The position numbers and the translations under genes were made by a program. Of a DNA stretch of 64,000 bases, positions 38,430 to 48,313 are shown piece by piece (position 1 is the stretch's first letter; each line of letters begins with the position of its first letter). The notes under the pieces were generated by a model. That model did not search any database and had not been told where the DNA came from. It saw only the letters and a program-made list of their open reading frames with translations. The DNA is from Chloroflexota bacterium (GTDB lineage: Bacteria > Chloroflexota > UBA11872): assembly GCA_022821905.1 (NCBI GenBank), contig JAJECS010000024.1, positions 320,682 through 384,681 of the forward strand. The letters run 5' to 3'.

Positions 38430-38759
38430 CTACGCGGCGAGCGCCTGGTCGATCTGGCTCTTGATATCCGCCTTGGGGCGAAAGCCGACGATGCGGCCCA
38501 CCTCCGCGCCGCCGCTGAAGATGATCAGCGTGGGGATGCCGCGGATGCCGAATTGCATGGGCGTGTCCGGATTCTCGTCCACGTCCATCTTGGCGAACGT
38601 CACCTGGCCGTCGTAATCCTGCGCCAGCTCTTCGACCACCGGCGCCACCATCTTGCACGGCCCGCACCACTCCGCCCAGAAGTCCACCAGCACGGGCGTT
38701 TCGGCGTCAAGCACCGTCGATTGAAACTCAGCGTCCGTCACTGCAACGGGAGCCGCCAT
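38430..38759 (-). CDS. trxA: thioredoxin
   Basis: The active site reads WAEWCGPCK. The length is 109 aa. Confidence 0.85.
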   Translation of the reverse strand: MAAPVAVTDAEFQSTVLDAETPVLVDFWAEWCGPCKMVAPVVEELAQDYDGQVTFAKMDVDENPDTPMQFGIRGIPTLIIFSGGAEVGRIVGFRPKADIKSQIDQALAA

Positions 38760-38826
38760 GTGATCCTGTCATCCTTCGCGTGCGCCACGATATAGCGCGC
38801 CCGAGACTAGAAACGGCACCGTAGTC

Positions 38827-39456
38827 ATGTCAACGGCAGATGGCGCGTCGGGAGCCGCGGCGGCTTCGGCGGTGGTGCTCGCCGGCGGCGCCAGCCGTCG
38901 CATGGGGCGCGACAAGCGGCTGTTGCCTTGGGGGGTGGACGCCGACGGAAAGCCCCGCACGCTCCTGCAATCGGTCGTCGACAAGTTGGCGGCCGTGGCC
39001 GACGACGTGATCGTGGTGGCCAACGATGAGCCAGACGTCCTGGGCGCCCGCGTGGTTCCCGACGCGATTCCCGGCTCGGGCAGCCTGGGCGGCATCCTGT
39101 CCGGCGTCGAAGCGGCCCGGCACGACCGGGTGTTCGTGGCCGCCGCCGACATGCCGTTTCTGAGCCTGGCGCTCGTGCGCGACCTGCTGGGCCGGCTCGA
39201 AGGCCACGACGCGGTTGTGCCGATCGTCGGCGGCCGACCCGAGCCGCTGCACGCGGTCTACGGCCCTACCGTGGCGACCGCGGCCCGGCGGCAGATCGCG
39301 CGTGGGCAACTGAAGATCGCGCTGGCCTTCGAGGGACTTGACGTCGTGCGGGTGTCGGAGGCGGACCTGCGCCGGTTGGACCCGGAGCTGCGCTCGTTCC
39401 GCAACGTCAACACGCCGGAGGACTATAAGGGTGCGCGACGGGATGCGGGGGCGTAG
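38827..39456 (+). CDS. mobA: molybdenum cofactor guanylyltransferase
   Basis: The protein contains AVVLAGGASRRMGRDKRLLPW and downstream MobA-like sequence. Confidence 0.6.
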   Translation: MSTADGASGAAAASAVVLAGGASRRMGRDKRLLPWGVDADGKPRTLLQSVVDKLAAVADDVIVVANDEPDVLGARVVPDAIPGSGSLGGILSGVEAARHDRVFVAAADMPFLSLALVRDLLGRLEGHDAVVPIVGGRPEPLHAVYGPTVATAARRQIARGQLKIALAFEGLDVVRVSEADLRRLDPELRSFRNVNTPEDYKGARRDAGA

Positions 39457-39520
39457 GGAGTGGCCAACGTGCGCGCCCTCGGAGAACTCTGTCGATAGCG
39501 CATTATGATATCATCAAGGC

Positions 39521-39790
39521 ATGCGACGGCGGCATCGCAGAACCCTGGCCGCGATCTTCAAGCGTCCAACCCAAGCGGGCATCCGCTGGGCAGACATTGA
39601 ATCGCTGCTGCAAGCCTGCGGCGCCGATATTGAGGAGCGGGCCGGCTCACGCGTAGCCGTTGAGCTCAACGACGTAGTCGCCATTTTCCACCGTCCACAC
39701 CCGCGGCCACAGGCCGACAAGGGGGCGGTGGCTTCGGTGCGGCGGTTTCTGGTCGCCGCCGGGGTTGACATGGAGGCAGACGGACCATGA
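39521..39790 (+). CDS. hicA: HicA-family toxin (putative)
   Basis: 89 aa and basic. It sits immediately upstream of, and overlapping, a clear HicB gene. Confidence 0.4.
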   Translation: MRRRHRRTLAAIFKRPTQAGIRWADIESLLQACGADIEERAGSRVAVELNDVVAIFHRPHPRPQADKGAVASVRRFLVAAGVDMEADGP

Positions 39791-40116
39791 TGGAATACGA
39801 GGGCTACCGAGCTGCGGTGAGCTACGACGACGACGCCGGAGTGTTTCACGGCGAGGTCGTCGACACGCGCGACGTGATTACCTTTCAGGGCACGTCGGTC
39901 CCGGAGCTGCGACGGGCGTTTCGAGAGTCGGTGGACGAGTACCTGAAGGTGTGCAAGGAGCGCGGCCGGACCCCGGACAAGCCATTCTCAGGGAATGTCG
40001 CGCTTCGGCTCCCGCCATCGGTTCACCGGGACGCGACAGCCGCGGCTCGCTCGGCGGACCAGAGCCTCAACGCCTGGCTGACGGACACGATTCGACGAGC
40101 CGCGCGAACCTCCTGA
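39787..40116 (+). CDS. hicB: HicB-family antitoxin
   Basis: The HicB N-terminal fold reads YRAAVSYDDDAGVFHGEVVDTRDVITFQGTSVPELRRAFRESVDEYLKVCKERGRTPDKPFSGNVALRL. Confidence 0.6.
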   Translation: MMEYEGYRAAVSYDDDAGVFHGEVVDTRDVITFQGTSVPELRRAFRESVDEYLKVCKERGRTPDKPFSGNVALRLPPSVHRDATAAARSADQSLNAWLTDTIRRAARTS

Positions 40117-40152
40117 CCACCGACCAGATTGGCCAGCCGTCGCTCGGACGGC

Positions 40153-42660
40153 CTAGTGCGCAATCCCCAACTGGTGCATGCGCCGGTGGATGGCGTCGCG
40201 GGCGGCGAGTAGCGGGCGCTCCAAATACGCCGTGTGGTCCGGCTCCCCGTGGTGGTGGGTGACCGAGTCGTCGTCCGGCTCGCTGCCCGCCCGGCGGCGG
40301 ACGTAGCTGAGGTTGCCGTCGATCATGGTGAGCATGTATTGCGCGGTGGCGTCGTTCCACATGCGCCAGTCGCCGCCGGTCGAGACATATACCGGCGACG
40401 TGTGGGCGAAGCGCTGCCGCTGCCAGCTATCCAGGTAGTAGGGCGCGTCGTAGTAGGTCGCCCCGCCGGTGCGGGCCGCGAACCAGGTGTGGCCGTCGGC
40501 GCTTAGCCGTTCGCTCAGCTCCAGCCGCCGGGCGCCGTCGGACGCCACGGTCTCCGCGACGACCCGGCCTTCCTGCACGATTTGCAGGTTGTGGATGGGC
40601 AGGCTGCCTTCCGCCCAGGCCTCCACGTGCAACGTGCCGCCGTTGCCGCGCAGATGCACCGTGTCGCCGATGGCCTGGCCTTCGACGCTGAGCCCGATGA
40701 GGGGACCGCTGGACATGAAGGTGCGTCCGGCGCTCATCTGCGCGCGCCAAGCGTCGTAGGTGAAGGGCATGTCCTCGGCAAGCTGGACATAGGTGCGGTA
40801 GATCCCCACCGGCGTATCCGCGGCCATCTTGTCGGTGCCGCCGACCAGCGGCAGGCGATAGCCCGCGTTGAGATAGCGGTAGTACTCGTCGTGGTCGAAC
40901 GGCACCTGCCGGCACATCTCGACGGCGTCGGCAAGCCCCAGCGCAATCAGCGCCACCGGGTCGCCGTTGGGCCAGGGGAAGTGCGGCAGCACAACCGTCC
41001 CGCCCTGCTCGCGACAGGCCTCGGCCCAGTGGGACATGGTGGTCTGGAGTGGGCCGCCGAGCTCGGCCTCGCCGGGGCCGTCGGTGCACCACGGCATGAT
41101 CGGCTCGGTATGGCCGAGCAGATTCAGGTGTCCCAGAAAGTGCTGCCGGTTCTCCTGGCCGTAGGAGACGATGGTCTTGCCGTCGTCCGACACCTGGGGC
41201 CGGCCGGTGAAGTCGTCGGTGTTGCTGAAGAAGTGGCCCCACTGCGACTGGAGCACGTTGGCGACGTTCAGGTCTTCACCCGCCGACTCCAGCACCGCGC
41301 CGTTGCCGGCCAGAAGGTGCACGTGCGTGTCGCCGCTGTACCAGCCCTGGGCGTTCATGTCGGTCCAGCGACCAATGCGCAGCTCCAACTCGCGTTGCCC
41401 CGGCTTGATCTCGACCTCCGTCCGTAACGGCTCGTACTCGAAACCGCGCGCGACATCCACGACGACCCGACCGCGCGGCAGCCAGCCCTGGCAGGCGCCG
41501 TCGATGTAGGCATAGGTGACCTGGTCCATGCGCACATCGCCGAAGAGATCGCGGCCCCAGGTCGAGAAGCCGGAAAACAGGTGCGGGTGGTGGCCATAGG
41601 GCTGGTAGGGAATGCCCTCCGGCGAGCGGAAGTGGATGCGGCACGGCACCGGCTGACCCGTGTCGGCGTCGAGCACGCGCGTGTGCACCCAGTTGCGGCC
41701 GGATTCGGGCAGGCTGAGCCGCAGGCGCGGCGAGGCTTGCACCGCGCCCTGGTCCTGCAGATCGCCGAACCGTGCCGTGCCGAGCACATCGTCGCCCTGC
41801 GTGACGCTGACCTCGGCGGAAGGGACGGCGCTGACTTCGGTGTACGCCGGGCTCGACTCGAGATTGTTCGCCTCGCCCCAGCCCTTGTCGACCGCGTCGA
41901 CGAACGATTCGGGGTCCTCCGGCAGCGGCTGGGCATAGGTCGCCGAGCCGCGTTTAACCTGCACGTCGAGATCGAATGGCTTCTCGGCGTCCTCGGGGCG
42001 CGTCAGCTCGATCCGGACGGGACGGCGCGGCGCACGCTCCAGCGGATCCTCATCGACGAACCCGGCCGATACGCCGCCCAGCACCCACGGCAACGGACCG
42101 CCGCGAATCTCGATGCTCGCAAGCGCATCCTCGGGATGTGGGTTGCGCCAGGCCCAGAGGTAGAAGGACCGCAGCCGCCCCGTGGCCACCTCCGTGATCC
42201 GCCGTTGTTGCTCGTCGTAGGGGCCCTCGTAGCGCGGCTGCATACCGTCCTCGCCGTCGCGCGCGGCCAGATACGGCTGGCCGGGCCGCATCGTGAAATG
42301 GCGCGAAATCCAGCCGATCTCGAACCGGTCGCGCAGGGGAACATCAATGCGCGATCCGTTCTCGTAGACAAACGTGTAGCGACCGACCTCGCCGCCAGGC
42401 GCTCCGCCGTGAGCAATGGCCGTATCGAGCAGCGCGTGCGCAAACGTAAGCGTGTGCACGGCGCGTCCCACCGGCAGCGTTTGCGGCTCGGAGTGACCGC
42501 CGGGGCCGAACTGCGCAATCGTGCCGCGCGCCGGGTCGCCCACGTCGAACGCCAGCCCACGAAGGTCCTGCGCCCCGAGCAGATCGGGCGTTTCGGGTCC
42601 GGCCACCTCGGCGGGAACGTTGCATAGGTCAGCGATCGGAACGGATTCGTAGGGATTCAT
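40153..42660 (-). CDS. large uncharacterised protein (835 aa), possibly with a metal-dependent hydrolase (PHP/CehA-McbA-like) domain
   Basis: It is a long ORF with ordinary composition. A GDTHVHLLAGNG motif is present. The start was chosen at the ATG 42658-42660 (MNPYESV...); the track extension to 42876 is the translation of a dispersed repeat (FVLSLSKD). Confidence 0.5.
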   Translation of the reverse strand: MNPYESVPIADLCNVPAEVAGPETPDLLGAQDLRGLAFDVGDPARGTIAQFGPGGHSEPQTLPVGRAVHTLTFAHALLDTAIAHGGAPGGEVGRYTFVYENGSRIDVPLRDRFEIGWISRHFTMRPGQPYLAARDGEDGMQPRYEGPYDEQQRRITEVATGRLRSFYLWAWRNPHPEDALASIEIRGGPLPWVLGGVSAGFVDEDPLERAPRRPVRIELTRPEDAEKPFDLDVQVKRGSATYAQPLPEDPESFVDAVDKGWGEANNLESSPAYTEVSAVPSAEVSVTQGDDVLGTARFGDLQDQGAVQASPRLRLSLPESGRNWVHTRVLDADTGQPVPCRIHFRSPEGIPYQPYGHHPHLFSGFSTWGRDLFGDVRMDQVTYAYIDGACQGWLPRGRVVVDVARGFEYEPLRTEVEIKPGQRELELRIGRWTDMNAQGWYSGDTHVHLLAGNGAVLESAGEDLNVANVLQSQWGHFFSNTDDFTGRPQVSDDGKTIVSYGQENRQHFLGHLNLLGHTEPIMPWCTDGPGEAELGGPLQTTMSHWAEACREQGGTVVLPHFPWPNGDPVALIALGLADAVEMCRQVPFDHDEYYRYLNAGYRLPLVGGTDKMAADTPVGIYRTYVQLAEDMPFTYDAWRAQMSAGRTFMSSGPLIGLSVEGQAIGDTVHLRGNGGTLHVEAWAEGSLPIHNLQIVQEGRVVAETVASDGARRLELSERLSADGHTWFAARTGGATYYDAPYYLDSWQRQRFAHTSPVYVSTGGDWRMWNDATAQYMLTMIDGNLSYVRRRAGSEPDDDSVTHHHGEPDHTAYLERPLLAARDAIHRRMHQLGIAH

Positions 42661-42807
42661 GCGGCGTACCCCGGCGCACCGGCCGTTCGCATAGTGGCGG
42701 TCTGCCTCGACCCCGGCAACCCGCGGCGCGGCCGATACACTGCTGGCGCTTGCCGTGCGCCGGTCATCCGCGCCCCCGACACAGGGCCACTCACGGGAGA
42801 ACCGGGG

Positions 42808-42862
42808 CCGTTCGTGGTGAGCCTGTCGAACCACGTCCTTCGACAAGCTCAGGACGAACGGA
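42808..42862. repeat. dispersed repeat (gtggtgagcctgtcgaaccacgtccttcgacaagctcaggacgaacgg)
   Basis: The same unit recurs at 8635-8659 and 53232-53345. It translates as VVSLSNHVLRQAQDER / FVLSLSKD in spurious ORF extensions. Confidence 0.55.
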
Positions 42863-42915
42863 CGTATGGAGGTCATCTAGGCCGGGTGGCTGGCGCCAGT
42901 GCACGAGGATCGGCC

Positions 42916-44592
42916 ATGCACCCCACCTACGGCGTTCGCTACGCGCTGGATATCAAGATGCCGATGCGCGACGGCGTGGAGCTCTCGGGCGACATCTATA
43001 TGCCGGACGCTCCCGGACCGTTCCCAACCGTGCTCATCCGCACGCCGTACGACAACAACACGCCGGAGACGATCGCGTCGGCCCGCGCCTTCGCACAGGA
43101 CGGCTACGCGTGCGTGGTCCAGGACGTGCGCGGGCGCTGGGACTCGGACGGCGTCTATTACCCCTTCCACAACGAGGGAGCCGACGGGTTCGACACCCAC
43201 GAGTGGATCGGGCGGCAGCCGTGGAGCAACGGCCGCATCGGCATGAGCGGCCCCTCATATCTCGGGCTGGTGCAGTGGCTCAGCGCGCCTCAGGGCAGCC
43301 AATACCTCACGTGTCTCGCGCCGCGGGTGGTGTGCCCGGAGTTTCTGGGCGGACTGGTGCGGCCGGGCGGCGCATTGCAGCTCACCACGGCGCTCACCTG
43401 GGGCATGCGCACCAACGCCCGCACGGCGCAGAGCATCGCGTTTCACAACTGGACCGAGGCGTTTCATACGCTGCCGATCGTCGACCTGGATCTGCGCGCC
43501 GGTCGACGCCTCGACTTCTGGCGCGACTGGCTGGAGCACGACCGCTACGACGACTACTGGGAAGAGGTCAGCGTTTCCCACCGCTGGCACGAGATCCGGG
43601 TACCGGCATTCACCATGGGCGGCTGGTACGACCTCTACGCCGCCGACACGCTCGACAACTTCAACAACTTGCGGCGCTTCGGCGCGACGCCGGAGGCGCG
43701 CCAGAGCCGCGCGATCGTCGGGCCCTGGCCGCATCGCCTGGCGGAGTCCTCGCGGCTCGGCGACGTCGACTTCGGAGTCGATTCGCTGGTGAGCCTCACG
43801 CAGCTCGAGCGGCGCTGGTTCAACCTCTGGCTCAAGGGTGAGGACGACGGCTTGAGCGAGGAGCCGCCGTTGCGACTGTTCACCATGGGCATCAACGCGT
43901 GGCGCGACGAGCACGAATGGCCGCTGGCGCGCACCGACTGGCAGATGTGGTACCTGCACTCGGAGGGCGGCGCCAACACCGCGCGCGGGGACGGCATGCT
44001 TACGACCATGGCGCCCGCGGAGGAGCCGCCCGATCGCTACGTCTACGACCCTCGGCTGCCGGTGCAAACGCTCGGCGGCACCACCTGCTGCACGCCGGAG
44101 ATCGTCGCCTGGGGGCCGTATGACCAGCGGCCGGTCGAGGCCCGTTCGGACGTGCTCTGCTACACGTCGGAGCCGCTGCAAGCCGACCTGGACATCACCG
44201 GACCGATCACGGCAGTGCTGTTCGCCGCCACCGACGGCCGCGATACCGACTGGACCGCCAAGCTGGTGGACGTTTCGCCCAGCGGCTACGCGATGAACAT
44301 TTGCGACGGCATCGTGCGCGCCCGGTACCGCGATGGCATGGCCGAGCCGGCGCTGCTGGAGCCGGACAAGGTCTATCGCTACGAGATCGACGTGGGCGTT
44401 ACCAGCAACGTCTTTCGCGCCGGGCATCGCATCCGGCTGGAAGTCTCGTCGTCGAACTTCCCCTGCTACGACCGAAACCTGAACACCGGCAACGACCTCG
44501 CCACCGACACCGAAATGCGCGCCGCCTCGCAGACCGTGCTGCACGCGCACTCGCACCCGTCGCATCTGCGGCTGCCGGTCATTCCCAAGTAG
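42916..44592 (+). CDS. CocE/NonD family hydrolase (X-Pro dipeptidyl-peptidase S15-like)
   Basis: The protein contains GVELSGDIYMP...VLIRTPYDNN...GYACVVQDVRG...GMSGPSYLG. The start was chosen at the ATG 42916 (MHPTYGV...). Confidence 0.65.
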   Translation: MHPTYGVRYALDIKMPMRDGVELSGDIYMPDAPGPFPTVLIRTPYDNNTPETIASARAFAQDGYACVVQDVRGRWDSDGVYYPFHNEGADGFDTHEWIGRQPWSNGRIGMSGPSYLGLVQWLSAPQGSQYLTCLAPRVVCPEFLGGLVRPGGALQLTTALTWGMRTNARTAQSIAFHNWTEAFHTLPIVDLDLRAGRRLDFWRDWLEHDRYDDYWEEVSVSHRWHEIRVPAFTMGGWYDLYAADTLDNFNNLRRFGATPEARQSRAIVGPWPHRLAESSRLGDVDFGVDSLVSLTQLERRWFNLWLKGEDDGLSEEPPLRLFTMGINAWRDEHEWPLARTDWQMWYLHSEGGANTARGDGMLTTMAPAEEPPDRYVYDPRLPVQTLGGTTCCTPEIVAWGPYDQRPVEARSDVLCYTSEPLQADLDITGPITAVLFAATDGRDTDWTAKLVDVSPSGYAMNICDGIVRARYRDGMAEPALLEPDKVYRYEIDVGVTSNVFRAGHRIRLEVSSSNFPCYDRNLNTGNDLATDTEMRAASQTVLHAHSHPSHLRLPVIPK

Positions 44593-44619
44593 CGCTGAGG
44601 GCAGCCACGAGGGCTGCCC

Positions 44620-44979
44620 CTACAAGGACTCGGCCCGTGGCGCATCCGATTCGACAGCCTCGAACATCGGTCCACGGTCCGGATCGACACGGCGCAACCG
44701 AACGTGGGCGCCAAGCTCGCGCCCGGCGTTGCCGGTCAGGCGCCCCATGGTGCGCAAACCAGCTTCGAGCTCGACGATCGCCACCGTATAGGGCGCCTCG
44801 TCGGCGTAGCGCGTCGGGGGCACATGGATGGTGGTCCAAACAATGACCCGCCCCTCTCCGGCGATCTCGTGAGGCTCGAGGTCGGAGCGGCCACAGATTG
44901 GGCAGACATCACCGCGCGCCATCAGCAAGTGACCGTCGTGACGACAGCGATAGACCGTAAGCCGTGGCGGACTAGTCAC
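44620..44979 (-). CDS. Zn-ribbon/OB-fold protein (DUF35) partner of SCP2-type thiolase
   Basis: A zinc ribbon is present (CRHDGHLLMARGDVCPICG). An OB-fold-like tail follows. A GTG start at 44979 is assumed. Confidence 0.5.
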   Translation of the reverse strand: MTSPPRLTVYRCRHDGHLLMARGDVCPICGRSDLEPHEIAGEGRVIVWTTIHVPPTRYADEAPYTVAIVELEAGLRTMGRLTGNAGRELGAHVRLRRVDPDRGPMFEAVESDAPRAESL

Positions 44980-46129
44980 GGGCCAGGATGTGCACCGTGG
45001 CCGCCGCGCCGCAGCCGCCCATGCTGTGGGCCAGGCCGATGCGGGCACCGGCGACCTGATTGGCGGCCTCGCCGCGCAGCTGCAGCGCGAGATCGTAAAC
45101 CTGTCCCACGCCGCTGGCGCCGACCGGGTGCCCCTTGGCAATCAGCCCGCCGCTGGGATTGACCGGCAACCGGCCGTCCACGGCGGTCTCGCCGGCTTCC
45201 GCAGCACGGCCGCTGTCGCCGCGCGCCACCAGACCGAGATCCTCGGTCGCCACCAGCTCCGCAATCGTGAAGCAGTCGTGCAGCTCGGCCACGTCTATCT
45301 CGCCGGGTGCGAGTCCCGCCTGCCCGAACGCCTCGGATGCCGCGCGCACCGTGGCGGGAAAGCTCGTCAGATCATCCATGCCGCTCAGAGCCACCGGCCC
45401 CGACCCCTGACCGGAGGCAAGGATTCGCACGCCGCGACTGGTGTATCGGCGCGCGATGTCCGCGGTGCAAACCACCGCCGCTGCCGCGCCGTCACTGATG
45501 GGCGGACAGTCGAACAGCCGCAGCGGCTCGGCGACAAACCGTGAGTTGACCACCTGGTCAATGGTCGTCGGCTTCCGAAACTGGGCCTTGGGATTCACTG
45601 CGCCGTTGTCGTGGTTCTTGACCGAGACTGCGGCAATCTGCTCGCGCGAGGTGCTATATCGCGCCATATGCGCCTGCATCACCATGGCAAAAGCACCCGG
45701 AAAGGTGAGCCCGGTGCGCATCTCCAGCCATTCGTCGCCGGCGGTTGCCAGCGCGGCGGTGACGTCGCCGGTGGAAATGTTCGACATCTTCTCGACCCCG
45801 GCCACGAGCACGACATCGTGGATGCCCGCAGTGACGGTCAGGTAGCCGTGACGCAGGGCAATGCCCCCGGACGCGCAGGCGGCCTCCACCTTCGTGGCGG
45901 GGATCCCGTCGAGACCCAGCCGCCGCGCGACGATGGGCGCCAGCGCTCCCTGGTCGGCCAGCCGCTCGCCGATGAAGTTACCGAGATAGAGCGCCTGCAC
46001 CCGCTCGCGCGGAATGCCGCTGTCATCGAGCGCCGCGCGGCAAGCCTGGGTGGCCAGCTCGACAATCCCGTTGTCCGGCAACTTGCCGAACGATGTCGAG
46101 CCGACGCCGGCGATACTTACGTCGCGCAA
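44972..46129 (-). CDS. thiolase-domain protein (SCP2/lipid-transfer-protein-type)
   Basis: The protein contains VSIAGVGSTSFGK...KVEAACASGG. The start is uncertain (a TTG at 46129 is assumed). Confidence 0.6.
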   Translation of the reverse strand: MRDVSIAGVGSTSFGKLPDNGIVELATQACRAALDDSGIPRERVQALYLGNFIGERLADQGALAPIVARRLGLDGIPATKVEAACASGGIALRHGYLTVTAGIHDVVLVAGVEKMSNISTGDVTAALATAGDEWLEMRTGLTFPGAFAMVMQAHMARYSTSREQIAAVSVKNHDNGAVNPKAQFRKPTTIDQVVNSRFVAEPLRLFDCPPISDGAAAAVVCTADIARRYTSRGVRILASGQGSGPVALSGMDDLTSFPATVRAASEAFGQAGLAPGEIDVAELHDCFTIAELVATEDLGLVARGDSGRAAEAGETAVDGRLPVNPSGGLIAKGHPVGASGVGQVYDLALQLRGEAANQVAGARIGLAHSMGGCGAAATVHILARD

Positions 46130-46224
46130 TCTGGTCTCACCGCTGCAACCGAGACGTTCACGGTCCCTATCATGCGACCATACGCCTCCGAGATGGGAGA
46201 GACCACCGCCACGGCCGTGCGCCA

Positions 46225-47313
46225 ATGAGCAAGCGTTCGCCGGATACCCCGTTCGACGTCCTGGTGATCGGGTGCGGTCCGGCAGGAACCCAGGCCGCCG
46301 TAAGCGCCGCGCACCAGATGCGGCACGTGGCGCTGATCGACGGTGGGGCGGTGAGCCTGCGACGCGGCCGGCACTTCTGGTCCAAGTCGGTCGAGTTCGT
46401 AGATGCGCCGGTGTTTCCGGGCATCACGGGACCGGCGTTCAACCGGGCGTTGAAGGAGTGGACCGAAGCTCAGCCCGAACACGAGGTCACCATCGACGGC
46501 GAGTCGCGCTACATCGGGATTCGCCGCATCCCCGGCTACGTCACTGATGTCGAGCGGGCGCCGGACGGCACGCTGGCGGTGACCATGTCGACGGCGATGC
46601 TGCCGCGCGATGGCACGGCGCCGCCCACGCAGACGGTCCGGGCGTGCACGGTGGTGGTGGCCTCCGGGTTCGAGGACGGCTGGCCGGACATCGAGATCGA
46701 GTCCTCGGCCGAGCGCGCCTACGCAAAGTACGGCGTGGTTTTCCGCTACGCCGGCAACCACCGCGGGTGGCACGTCTGCGTGCGCTGCGACGGGCATCTG
46801 CACACCGACCGGGAGCTCGCCATCGTCGGCGTCGGGGACTATATCTTCGATGTCGTGCACGGCGCCCAGGACTTCACCCACCGGATGACCGTGCTGACCA
46901 ATGGACGACCGCACGGCATGTCGGACGCAGTGCTGGCGGAAATGAAGCGCCGGGGCGTGCGGCTCGAAACGGAGCGGATCGAGGCCCACATCGGCAGCGG
47001 ACGCGACCTGCTCGGTCTACGCCTGGCTGACGGCCGCGAGCTCTTCTTCGACGGTTTCTTCGTCGACGAGGGCCTCGTGCCCAACGACGAGTTCCTGGCC
47101 AGGTTTTCTCCCCAGCATGACGATGAAGGACTCCTGGTTTGCGACGAGGACCACCGCATATTGGACGTTGACGGCAATGCCATCCCCGGCATCTGGGCCT
47201 GCGGCGACATCGTGGCGGGCGAGCGAAACCTCATCGCGTCCGCCTTTGCCAGCGGGCAAGACGCGGGTCTGGAAGCCAGCGACAGCTTGCGCCGGTGGGC
47301 GCCCGTCAACTGA
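46225..47313 (+). CDS. FAD/NAD(P)-binding oxidoreductase (pyridine nucleotide-disulfide oxidoreductase-like)
   Basis: The motif FDVLVIGCGPAGTQAA is a GxGxxG FAD-binding motif. Confidence 0.55.
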   Translation: MSKRSPDTPFDVLVIGCGPAGTQAAVSAAHQMRHVALIDGGAVSLRRGRHFWSKSVEFVDAPVFPGITGPAFNRALKEWTEAQPEHEVTIDGESRYIGIRRIPGYVTDVERAPDGTLAVTMSTAMLPRDGTAPPTQTVRACTVVVASGFEDGWPDIEIESSAERAYAKYGVVFRYAGNHRGWHVCVRCDGHLHTDRELAIVGVGDYIFDVVHGAQDFTHRMTVLTNGRPHGMSDAVLAEMKRRGVRLETERIEAHIGSGRDLLGLRLADGRELFFDGFFVDEGLVPNDEFLARFSPQHDDEGLLVCDEDHRILDVDGNAIPGIWACGDIVAGERNLIASAFASGQDAGLEASDSLRRWAPVN

Positions 47314-47333
47314 GCGAAGGGCTAGGCACGGAC

Positions 47334-48305
47334 ATGGAGTACTTCTCGGTCACCACTGAGCAGATCGATCTGCCCCGTTCAGCCACGCCTCAGGCGCGTC
47401 GGGTAGCCGTCGCCTGGCGCGGCCGGCCCATCGGCGCCTTCACCCAGGGCGAGCACCGGTGCTATCTCTACCCGCTGTACTCGCCCGCCGGCGTGCCGCT
47501 GACGGCCGAGAGTCCTGTCGATCATCCGCACCACGACTCGATCACGGTCGGCGCGGACGTGCTCAAGGCGAAGTTTCCGCCGCTGACGCCGGCGGTATCC
47601 CCTCTAGCGGAGTCCGGCACCTACAACCTTTACGCCAACAACGTGTTTCAAGGACGCGCGCCCGGCCGCACCTGGTCCGTGGATGTCAACGCCACCGAGC
47701 TTGCCCCCGATCACCTGCGCGTGGTGCAGACGGTCGAGTGGCAGGGACCGGAGGAATGGGGGGCGGCAGACGGGCGCCGCGTGCTGGCCGTGGAGACCAG
47801 GACGACGGACCTCCGCCCCGGCGACGTCGTCAACTCCGTCGACATCCGGTCGCAGCTGCAGCCCACCGACTGGGACCTGACCATCGGGCCGACCCGCCAC
47901 GCCTATTTCACCGTGCGCCTGGCGTTTGGTCTGCGTGTGGTCGACAGCGGGACCCTGATCGACGCCGACGGACGCAGCGGCGGGGCGGCGATCACCAATC
48001 ACGCGTCCGCCTGGGTGGATGCGTCCGGTCCGGCGCCACACGGCGCCAGGGCGGGCCTGACCATCCTGGGACACGCGTCCACGGCGCGCGTCCCCTGGGT
48101 GGCCTACGACTGGGGCACCGTGAACGTGAACCCGTTTGCCCGCGAGGCCGCCACCGTGCGGCGAGGCGACACGCTAGACCTGGGCATTCGGCTGCTCGCG
48201 CACGACGGCGACGCCAGCGAGGTCGACATTGCGGCGCACGCCGCCGATCTGGCCTCCGAACCCGGCGCCGGTGCTAGCATGCCGCGCGCGGCCACCCGCC
48301 CCTAG
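47334..48305 (+). CDS. PmoA-like / DUF6807-type protein (paralogue of 54954-55784)
   Basis: It shares the YLYPLYSPAGVPLTAESPVDHPHHDSI block with the other paralogue (YVFPVRTAQGHVV...PADHPHHLSI). Confidence 0.45.
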   Translation: MEYFSVTTEQIDLPRSATPQARRVAVAWRGRPIGAFTQGEHRCYLYPLYSPAGVPLTAESPVDHPHHDSITVGADVLKAKFPPLTPAVSPLAESGTYNLYANNVFQGRAPGRTWSVDVNATELAPDHLRVVQTVEWQGPEEWGAADGRRVLAVETRTTDLRPGDVVNSVDIRSQLQPTDWDLTIGPTRHAYFTVRLAFGLRVVDSGTLIDADGRSGGAAITNHASAWVDASGPAPHGARAGLTILGHASTARVPWVAYDWGTVNVNPFAREAATVRRGDTLDLGIRLLAHDGDASEVDIAAHAADLASEPGAGASMPRAATRP

Positions 48306-48313
48306 GACGCTTC

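Noticed and set aside
42694-42915. A 74-codon N-terminal extension of the CocE/NonD gene
   Set aside because: The extension is the translation of the dispersed 'gtcgaaccacg...caagctcaggacgaacgg' repeat (VVSLSNHVLRQAQDERT). Start 42916 is preferred.
43255-44565. A 436-aa minus-strand ORF
   Set aside because: It is antisense to the CocE/NonD hydrolase gene and has a high-GC spurious composition.
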